From: Prasinococcaceae sp. CCMP 1430
Taxonomy: Eukaryota > Plantae > Prasinodermophyta
Length of the DNA stretch: 64,000 nucleotides
Direction of reading: 5' to 3'
Assembly (NCBI GenBank): GCA_013416795.1
Contig: RQSC01000003.1
Span: 204,163-268,162, forward strand
The notes under the pieces were generated by a model that did not search any database, was not told the DNA's origin, and worked only from the letters and a program-made list of their open reading frames with translations. This document shows, in pieces, positions 22,493-31,818 of the stretch. Every line of letters begins with the position of its first letter. Positions within the stretch are counted from its first letter, which is position 1. Made by a program: the position numbers and the translations under genes.

Positions 22493-22905
22493 ATGCCCGT
22501 TTTTGCCAAGCAGATGCCGATCACAAGCGCAGCTGAGGATTGCGCGAAGAAGTCGTGCCCGACGTACGACTGTTGCTGCATCGTGTTCTCCCACATGGCG
22601 TACCAAAGCATCGCCAGCCCGCCACCATCGCACACCTCCACCAGCGGGGCCAGCGCGGGGTGAGAGTACTTCTTCCAGCTTTGGATGGTGGCGGACCAGC
22701 CCACAGGAAACAAGACCATCGTTATGGTGAACACCCAGCCCATAAACCGAGGCGTCAACTCAGACGAAAAGGTCCGCGACACCACCAATTGGCCAGCCGT
22801 CCAAGAACACAGCAACGTCGGGGCAGTGATGTTCTTCAGCAACAAGACTGCGCGCCCCGGAGGCGGCGCGCTCGGCGCCAGCAAGCAGATTTTCAAGGGG
22901 GGGAG
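22493..22905 (+). CDS. Coding-like frame with an internal in-frame TGA (22661-22663); function and strand uncertain
   Basis: High GC3 on both sides of the TGA, ATGs at 22493 and 22685, GTGCGT donor at 22906. A stop-free minus frame shares the third codon position. Confidence 0.4.
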
Positions 22906-23090
22906 GTGCGTGGCAGCGCCGCGCGAGCGGCTGCGCTGGCGGCCGCGTGCGCGAGGCGCGAGCCCTGTTCCCGTCGCTCCCCCGCTCTCCCCCAAACGCA
23001 CGCACCGCGCACACGATCTTCACCCACAGCACATGCGCATGCACACACGCCCGCGCGCGCGAGTGCAATGACTGGCGTCGGTCCTGACAG

Positions 23091-23809
23091 GCTGGCCTCG
23101 GCGCACGGCGCCCCCTGCCCTCACCGGTGGGTCGAGAAGCAACGGAGGGGGAGGGCACACCGGGGGGCTCGCAGGTCGAGGCGGCCTGAGCAGGTTTTAC
23201 CGCGGGAAGGCGCGCTCGTTTGCGTGCCTGGCGGCCGCGTCCACGCTCGGCGCGAGCTCGAAGCTCAGCAAGAAGGTGACCTTGACGGAACTGGAGGTCG
23301 CGGCCACCTCGGGCGACCTCGGGGGCTTCGCCGGCCACCAGGCAGCCTCGGCCGATAGCGAGGAGGAGGAGGGCTTCGCCGTGTTCTGTGGCGGGCCAAG
23401 GCGGCTTGTGACCAGTGAGAGCATGCCGCTGCTCTTCAGGGAGGAGACATCGAGTCCGTGGCCGAGCCCGTCCAGCTTGGGCGAGGGCGGATGCGGGGAG
23501 CACTTGGCGGGCGTCCCCGAGGAGAGCGGCGGCGCGCCCACGTGTGACGCGGGGGGTGCGTGCGGCAGCGACGAAATATCGTTCGGACGCTCGATGTCCG
23601 GCTCCGGCGCCAGCCGCTCGTCGCTGTCTGTGGACACTCGCGAGGACTCAGCGGCACAGGTGCCCGACATTGACTATCTTGACGTGGACGCACATGCCGA
23701 CTCCTCGCCCTTTCCGGGGATAGTGCCCGCCGCCCAGAGGCCCACTCTCCCCGTCGCCGTCGCCGCCGGAGGCCACAACCGCCACCTGTGGGTGCACCAG
23801 CACGAATGA
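23091..23809 (+). CDS. OXS3-like (oxidative stress 3 motif) Ser-rich protein, last exon
   Basis: RGGLSRFYRGKARSFACLAAA matches the plant OXS3-family motif (GLSxFYxGKS/AxSFxxL); CTGACAG acceptor at 23090. Confidence 0.7.
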
Positions 23810-24250
23810 TGATCATGTACACTAGAGGAGACACTGAAGATCTGTTTAAGGCGATCTGGGCAAAACGGAGCGACCGCTCGCGCCCGAAAGGAGGACACCG
23901 CGAGCATGTAGCTGCACGTGATGGACCTGCCATGTATCATTCACCAACGAGAAAGCCGCGGGGACGCGCGCTGTGCCGACAGCAGCGGCGCCGTCGCCTC
24001 CAAAGCACACCCGTCGGCTTAATTTTCCGCCGACCGGAGGCATTGCAGCGCCGCAGCACTCGGCCTGCAGTGCTCGACACAAAACACACAAATAAGCGCA
24101 CGACCGGGGTGCCTATCGCCTGAGGCGCGAGGGCGAGAGCAAGAGCGGCAGATGCGTGCACAGAGCCACATCCGCAGCATGGCATCGCCCCCACCCCTGT
24201 CTCTTTGTAAGACTAGAATAAGGGTATTTGTACATACACGCGGCAGTGTG

Positions 24251-26156
24251 TCAGCGGCCGAAGAGGCTCCCAAGCATGCGCTGCAGCCTCGTGGCGCGCC
24301 CCATCATGTTCGCAAGCATGCGCTGCCATGCAATCTTCCGCTCGGCCACTTGCCGGACGGCCGGGATGCACTCCTCTAGACACGCGCTGATGACACGCAG
24401 GCGGGCGAGAGGGCCATCGCTGGCCATGCACTCTGGGCGAATCTCCTGCGAGGGCGCGCGTTGGAAGAGTGGGCGTCACCAAACATGTGCGAACGGGCGC
24501 GCCCACACAGGCGGAAGGTGCGCGCGTCGACCAGCCCGCGTGCGCGCGCGCGCGAGCGCGCAAGTCTCTCACCTCGGCTGCGCCCAGTACCGGCAGCGGA
24601 TTGAGCACCTGGCACAAGTGCCACGACAGCTTCTCCGCGCGCTCATGCGCCTCTCTCCTGTCGACACGCCCACGCACAGGCGGCGGCGGACGCGGGCCAG
24701 CGGCGTCCAGCAGCGCGCGCGTGCTGCCGCCGTAGTGCTGCTTCAGGTACCCGACATTCCCGCGCCCCACCTGCGCTCGACATGCGCGTTCGTGCGCGCA
24801 TGCGTCAGCGGAGGCACCGGCAGGTAGCGCGCGCCGCCGCGCGCGCGCGGCGGAGCGCACGCATGCGGCGATTGCAGAATGCTCTGGTGCGCCCCACGGA
24901 CCTCTCCGAGCCACTCTTCGAGGAGAGAGACAGCGCGCTCGCTCTCTTCGGCGAGCGCCGCGCAGTATTTCGCATCGTCCTGCTCATCATCGCCCTCTCC
25001 GACTGCGTCCTCGCCGTCGTGCGGGGATGCAACCGACGCCACGTAGAAGCCCGCAGGGGCGAGCGCGGTCGTGACCACCCGGAAGCGCGATCGCGCGACG
25101 CACGCGATAACAAATCGGCCGTCGGGCAGTGCGCTGACCTCGGTGATTTCGCACACGCAACCGTGCCGCGCACATGGCATTCGCGCCTCATCGTCTGCAC
25201 GCGCGCTCGCGCGCCATCTGTCAGCCAATCCCAAACAGCGCACGCGCGCGAATGAGGCGCGCGGGCGAGCCTGCCCGTCGCACGCGGGCGAGGGCATGCG
25301 CGTCTTGCGCGGCGCGCACCTCCGCTTTCACCACCGCGCGGCGGCCCGATCATCCCGAAAGTCCTGTCGTTCGCGAGCACGAGCTTCATGAGCGCCCGGT
25401 AGCGGGGCTCGAACACGTGCAGGCGCGCGGTCTGCCCAGGCACGATGGGATCACACACGAAGAGCGGCATCGAGCAATCCTCAGGCACGCCGGCCGCGGC
25501 GCTGCGTGCGCGGCGCGCCGCGCTGCTTTGAGCCTCTTCCTCGAGGTCGCGTGCGCTCGACTCCTCCGGGAACGCCGCGCGAACGGCCTGAGAAGCGCAT
25601 GGCGCGGGCGTCAGCACGCGATCGCGCGCGCTGGGCGGCGTGCGCGTGGCGGTATGCCCTGCGCCGGTGGTAGATGTCGCACCTTGTCGAGCGCGACGCA
25701 CACGGGCGCTGCGGCGGGGTCTGCGTAGTACGCCGGCGCTCGGCACACGGGGCAGCGCCGCGCCGCGCGCAGCGCCAACGCCGTGCACTCGCGGCAGTGC
25801 GCGTGGCCGCATGGCAGCGCAACGGGCCGGTGCAGGAGCCGCAGGAGGCCGACGCCTTGGTATGTGCCCTGACATCGTCGAGCGAGGTCAGGCCTTTGGA
25901 CGTGATCTTCGAGGTGATCTTGCCCTTGCAGACGCCGTTGCAGCCGCAGATTTCCGCATCATCCGGCAAGGCTGCAACGGCCGCCATAGGGTCCAGGGGG
26001 GCACCCCCCTGGTAGGCCTGGCCGAAGATCAAGGTATCGCGCATCTCGGAGATGTCGGTCGCCTTTTTCTTGAGGTCGTTGAAAACCCCCCTCGGCGAGC
26101 GCTCCCGCGGCGCTCCCCTCGCGCGCGCGCTTCGGCGACCCCCCGCCGCCGCTCAT
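24251..26156 (-). CDS. LON peptidase N-terminal domain and RING finger protein (LONRF-like), multi-exon; RING disrupted in this assembly
   Basis: PVALPCGHAHCREC...RCPVCR RING half; MPLFVCDPIVPG...LHVFEPRYRALMK...FGMI, GCVCEITEV..LPDGRF...RFRV LON substrate-binding domain. Confidence 0.82.
25827..26083 (-). other. nirB: Fragment of bacterial NADH-nitrite reductase large subunit (BFD-like [2Fe-2S] region) embedded in the LON-RING gene
   Basis: FNDLKKKATDISEMRDTLIFGQAYQGGAPLDPMAAVAALPDDAEICGCNGVCKGKI...DDVRAHTKASASCGSCTG, recognised as alphaproteobacterial-type NirB; lower GC than flanks. Confidence 0.9.
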
Positions 26157-26384
26157 CGCCGCCGGCGCAGCCGCACACCCTCGCCCCACGCGCGCGCTGT
26201 GGCGCACTCACGGGACGAGGGGCCGCAAGCAGCTATCCAAAACACGCATACGAGTTCGCACTGTGAAACGCAGAACCACGCGTGCGCTGCGTGGACTAAT
26301 TTCGGTTTTGTGAGTTTGAACATCAACACGCATGTTACCATTGCAAAAAGGGTTTGCTCTGTCATCCGCGGCCGCGCGCGGCCG

Positions 26385-28060
26385 TCAGAGCGCGTCCGTG
26401 GGGCCGGCGGCGGCTCCTGCGACTGCGCGCACGTGCGCGCCGAATTGCCTCGACACGAGCGAGCGCTGAATGTTGGCCTGGTGCCTGTCGATGTCAACTC
26501 CCTGAAGGACGCATGCGCCCACACCCATGAGAATTGACATAGCCACGAGCCCCCATCGCAGCGAGCCTGTGGCTTCGTTCATAATGAGCATCACAAGCGG
26601 CGGCACCCACACGAATGCGGTACTCGACATTGTGCTCAGGCCTGCGCACTCCGCCTCGAGGCCGCCAGGCGCGCTCTGAGCAAACAGCAGCATCTGCTGC
26701 GACCACGCACCGCCGAGCAACACACCCCACAAGACGCCGAATATGGCGGGCAGGATCAAGTCACCCACTTCGGCGTCGCAGCCCTCAACCACCTCGTTGT
26801 CACCGCAGAGGGCGTCGCCCAGTGGCGGCGGCGGCGGCGAGACCTCAAGCCCACCGCCCTCGCTGGTCGATTCCGACGCCACAGTCGTGCACTTGGGTAG
26901 CACCGCCCCCCCGAGTGACGTCAGGATGAACGTCGTAAATAACAGCGCCTGAATGGCGCGCTTGATGCCCACCCGCTTGCGCAAGAAGTTGCCCACGTGG
27001 CTGCCCGCGGCGGCACTCACGATGGCGAGGCCGAAGACGATGCTCACGACGCTCGCCTTATAATTGAGCTCGGACGTCAGGAAGATGGACCCGAGGGACA
27101 CGACGGCGGCTTGCGCGGGGTCGCTTACCATGACGTGCATGAGAAACACAAAAAAGTCGGGGTAGTCCTTGCGCACCTGCTTCCACAGCGACACCATGCG
27201 CCGAAACGAGAAAGCGACCAAGCTCTTGGTGCCTTCTGGCAACTCGTGACTGGGCTTGCGGGCCTCAAGCTTTTGCCACGCCAGCGCCACACAAAGCAAG
27301 CCAGATGCCCCGCAGAATAGGGCGGCGAAGCGCCCCTGCCAGAGGTAGTTCAGGCCCGCAATTTGCACCACGCCCACGTTCACGATCACGAACACGACCT
27401 GCGCGCGCGCAGCGGCCGGTGCGTGTGCGCGAGCGAGCGGGGGGGAGGAGGCGGGGAGCGAGCGAGCGCAAGCGTCAGCCACCTGCTCGTGGGCGCGGCA
27501 AAGGACGAAAGAGCGCCCAGCGCGCGCACCTCTGCGATGTAGAGCGTGGTGTAGCCGTTCCTGTTGATCCTCGCCAGCTCATCGTGGCTGGTGGTGAGCT
27601 CCGGCAGCCAGGTTGACTGGCCCGTGAGCAGCATGGCGTAGCACACGTTGAAGATGAAGAGAGCGAGCAAGGAGATGGCCACACCGGTATCATTAGGCGC
27701 TAGCACGACGCCAAGCACCGTCGCGCCGAACTGCACGAAGCTGGCACCGAGAAGCAGCGGCTTGCGCAGGGTGGTGTAGTCGCACGCCGCGCCGATTGCC
27801 GGCGTGAGCAGCGCGCTCGTGATGCCGGCAATCATCAGGATGCCCGGAATCAAGCTGTCGAAGTTGAGCCAGTTCCACAGCTGTCCGTCCTCGTCCGAGA
27901 TGCACTCGGCGGCTGTCAAGAGCGCAGGCTGGAACTGCACCGAGATGAAAACCACGCCCGCCGCTTGGGCGATGCGCAGCAGCATGTAGCCCCAGACCTC
28001 CGGGTTGCGCCCGGCGGCCGCGGCGGCGACGCTCGCCGTTTTGCCATCCTCAGCTTCCAT
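26385..28060 (-). CDS. MFS transporter, UMF1/Atg22-like; exons 28060-27530 and 27398-26385
   Basis: About 12 hydrophobic segments, LLTPAIGAACDYTTLRK loop motif, LPELTT, APGGLEAECAGL; phase-0 GT-AG intron. Confidence 0.8.
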
Positions 28061-29159
28061 CGCCCCTTCCCCCCTCCCTCGTCCCCCACCCCCACCCCCT
28101 TCGCCTCGCCGCCCGGCTCCCCCCGCCGCGCGCGGCTGCGGCGCCAACTGTGGCGCCGCGCCGCCTCCCCGCGTTCCCCCGCTGCGCGAGCGCGCGAGCT
28201 GTCAAGTCGGCACGGAATCTCCGACGGAAAAAAAAAAAAGTCCTCGCCGCGCCCTGACAAAAAAAGCTTTTTTTCCCCCCGCAGCGCCTGACGTGGAATC
28301 TCGACTGACGTCAGAATCCGCGTTTGCACAGCATTTCCGTTTTCGCCGTCAATTTTGATTATGTTTTGATTGAGATCGACGGTACGGCGTTCACATTCAC
28401 GCCCCGTAAAAACTTTTGAGAGTGGCCCCACCCCCCCGCCCCCACGCGCCGCGGCGAGCGCCTGCAGCGACGTCTTTTCAATGCATAATGATGTGTAAAT
28501 TAAACCCTACATGTCACCAATACCTAAATGGGCTGCCTGGCTTGCAGGCATGCGAAGCTTCCGCTGGAGGGACAAAGGGCGACGCCAATCCCGAGGATTC
28601 CATATTTTGGGGTGACAGTATGGAACGGTGGGCAGACTGTGAATGAAAAACAGTAAGGATTCCATATGGATTCGTTTGGGTTCCTAGATATGGGAAAAGG
28701 GCGGCAAAGCGGCGCGAGTCTTCGCGCGGGCCGGCCTCGGCCGGAACGGCGGGTCCGTGGTACAACCAACGCGGGAAATCGCATTACGACGGCGGCGGCG
28801 CAGCGGGGACCTCGGCGAAGGGCTCGGCGCTGCTCCTGCCGCCCACGAAGCGGTACGCCACCCGCGTGTGCGGGTTCAGGATGGGTCCGTTGTAGTAGTA
28901 CACAAACCCCTCCCTGGCCCCTCTCCCCGGGGACAGCTCCACGCCGAGCGCCGCCGCAGCCGCCGCGCGCACCTCCGACGCCGGGCGCTCGAACGCGCGC
29001 AGCCCTGTCGACGGCTCTGAGTGTTATACTGATTTCAACGCAAAACGTGCGGGGGAGGGGGAGCGCGCACGCCTCGCCCCCGTGCTGACACCCGCGCCCC
29101 ACCTGCTGCGCGATGCGCGCGCCCGCTCTCCCCGCCTGCGCGCGCCCGGCGCCATAGCG

Positions 29160-29977
29160 ATGCGTGGCCTGTCGACCGAAGGCCTCAAGGCGGAGCTGCT
29201 CGAGCGCCTCGAGGAAGCGATCGCCGAGGATGCCGAGGACGACCTTGCCGCCGGGCTGGCTACGGACGAGCCCGCTGCGGAGGAGGCGCCCGCCGCGCCA
29301 GCCGCCGAGCCAGCCGCCGAGCCTGCCGCCGAAACTGCTGCCGAGGCAGCGCCCGCCACCGAGAAAGCGCCTGCCGAGGAGGCAGAACCCAAGGACTCGT
29401 CCGAGCCAGCTGCGGCAGAGCCCAACGCCGCTGCTAGCGCGGCCTCCGCCGCTGCGGCTGAGGCCGCCAAGCGCGCCGCCGAGGAGGAGGAAAAGAAGAA
29501 GCGCCGTGCAGAGCGCTTCGGCATCCCTTACGTGCCTCCCAAGGTCACCAAGGCGGAGCAGCGCAAGGCGTTCAAGGTGCGCGTGGTCGCCCCTTCGCTG
29601 CTCTCGCGACCACTTCCGCCGTGTAGCAGGGTAGGCACCAGCTATTGCCTCGTACTTCTCTCGCGTCGTCTCGAGTAGGCTCGCTGACGGTCCTGACCCC
29701 GCGCCGCCCACACCCGATCGTTCGCTCGCGCGCGCAGGAAAAGAAGAAGGCCCGTGCGGACCGCTTCGGCATTCAGGTCGCCAAGGGTGGCAACGGCGGC
29801 CAGGGCAAGGGCAAGGGCGAGAAGCGCGCGGCCAACGCTGCCGCTGCCGCGGCGGAGGCCGCGAAAAAGAAGGCGCGCGCTGATCGTTTCGGCTCGGGCG
29901 GTGCGGCGGCGATGGCTGCTGTGGACCCCGAGTTCGAGGCGAAGAAGAAGGCTAGAGCGGAGCGCTTCGCAACCTGA
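29160..29977 (+). CDS. MOS11: SAP-domain mRNA export factor MOS11/Tho1/SARNP; intron 29577-29737; first part of SAP domain not located
   Basis: RGLSTEGLKAELLERL SAP half; repeated KKxRAERF/KKARADRFG motifs. Confidence 0.85.
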
Positions 29978-30320
29978 GCGGGGAGCCTGGGAGAATGAGT
30001 CGCTCGGGCATAGACGCGTTGCCGAGAGGCACGGGCCACTCCCACACCCCCCTCCCCCTCCCCCCCACCCCTCGGCCCACGAGTGGCGTATAGAGGTGAG
30101 CGTAGGAGCGTGTGACACCCATAAGATTTGCCGTACTCTGACGAGCCTTGCAAGCAAATCGCAGCGCCCCAGCGGGCGTTGTCGCAACGTGTGCGCGGCG
30201 GCGCGCACGCGCGAGCCGCGGGGACACTCAGACGACACAGTCTTCGATGCAAAAAGAAAGAATGCCTGCCGTGTGGCTATTATGGTCTGGGCGATGGTCG
30301 CCTCCAGGTAGCTTCTGTAG

Positions 30321-31040
30321 CTACACCGTCTTCTCCACCTTACGCGGCTTGGCGATGGGCGGCGGCGGGCCCTCACGCACGCCCCTTAGGTATGGCGAGA
30401 AATAGTGCAGGCCGTCGGCATTGACGTCGTCGAGACCCTTGCCAGCCAGTTCGCCCTCGATTGCGGGGATGTGGCCGGTCGCGCGGCTCGCATTGAACAT
30501 GCCCGGGTCGTCGCGCAAGGCCTGCAGTAGCTGCCAGCTCGGCTGGCCCATCGAGTGCCACTTGGGCAAGGGCCGTTTGTCCTTGGCACACGCGGCTTTC
30601 AGTGCGTCCAGCTGCTGCGTGTCCGCGAGGGCCTACGAGCACGGTTCGAAAAGGGCCGAGCATGGCGCGCGCGGGAGCAGGGAGGCATCAGCGCGCGCGC
30701 CAATCGTCAGTACAGGATGGACGATCCCTAGCCAGCACCGCGCGGCGTCGCTCACAGAGAGCGACCCATGCGAACTCACCCTCATGACCTTGGCGACAAC
30801 GTTGGGCTGCGCCCCATCAAATGTATTCACGCGCCCGTCCTCGTACACCACCTCGAAGGCGGGCTTGGCGCCCCGCCGGACACTCGCTTCAATCGTCGTC
30901 TTGGCAGCGCCGTCTTTCGCGCGCGCGGCCTGCACTCGCACGAGCAGCTCGTTTAGGCCGCGAGTGCGCGGATCGAATGGCGAGAACGACGCGCGCATCG
31001 CCTTGATGCCATCGAACACGACGCGCCCCTTCGCCGACAT
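30321..31040 (-). CDS. MRPL53: Mitochondrial ribosomal protein mL53-like; exons 31040-30780 and 30632-30321
   Basis: FSPFDPRTRGLNELLVRV...PAFEVVYEDG L51/S25/CI-B8-type fold; GTGAGT donor and TAG acceptor in phase 0. Confidence 0.65.
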
Positions 31041-31818
31041 GGTCACGGCAGAGCGCAGCAGCGCGGAGGGAGGGTGCGGGAGAGGGCGAGAGACAGGCCC
31101 CGCGGCGCCCCGGTGGCCAGCGCTTGGCCGGCGCCCCGCGGCCCCCGCGCCCCAGCCCACACTTCCAAAGTGCCGTCGCCGCCCCGCGCGGCCCAGCCGG
31201 TGCTGGTCTCAGCACCCTCCCAGCCTCCCCCTCCCCTCAGGGCCACGCCCGTCCCCCGCCGGAGGCCCTCTACCCCTCGCGCCTTGCGCGCGCTGTGGGC
31301 CCCTGCCCCCGCCTCCCGCCGTCCTGCCTCCGCCGCCCTAAAACGACCCACAGCTCTCCGAGCGACGAGGAGGCGAATGCGAATGCGAATGCGAAGCGCA
31401 AAATCAACGCTGGAAAAGAGTTTGAAAAGGTTTGAAAAGAAACATCTGCGTGATTAGAATGCGATGTGATATTATTCGAACTTTGCGATTTCGCTTTCGG
31501 TTCGAAATTGGCGCGCGGGCTGCGGCGGTGGGGCGGGCCGCATGTGCCCCTCCCCCGGCCCTTCCCCTCCCTCCCCCTCCAGGGCCGCCACACGCGCCGG
31601 GCGCCGCGCGCGGTGCCCCGTGCCAGAGTCCAGGCGCGGCGACGAGGGTGCGGGATCCCCGAGCGTGTGCAGTGAGGGGCTGCCGCGCCGCGCAGCTCTG
31701 CGCCGGGCTGGGGCGGGGCCGCGTGCGAAAGCGCGCTCACACTCCAACAGCCGCGGAAGCGCCGGGCGGCGGCGCGAGGCCAAGGGTGTGCGTGTGGGCT
31801 CTCCGGGGCGGGGCGTCG

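Noticed and set aside
23835-23874. SECIS element for the TGA at 22661
   Set aside because: CUGA rather than AUGA/GUGA and a 9-bp helix shorter than canonical; kept only as a weak note, not called as a feature.
25481-26044. A complete algal nitrite reductase gene
   Set aside because: Only ~86 codons match NirB; the FAD and siroheme domains are absent and the flanks are LON-RING sequence.
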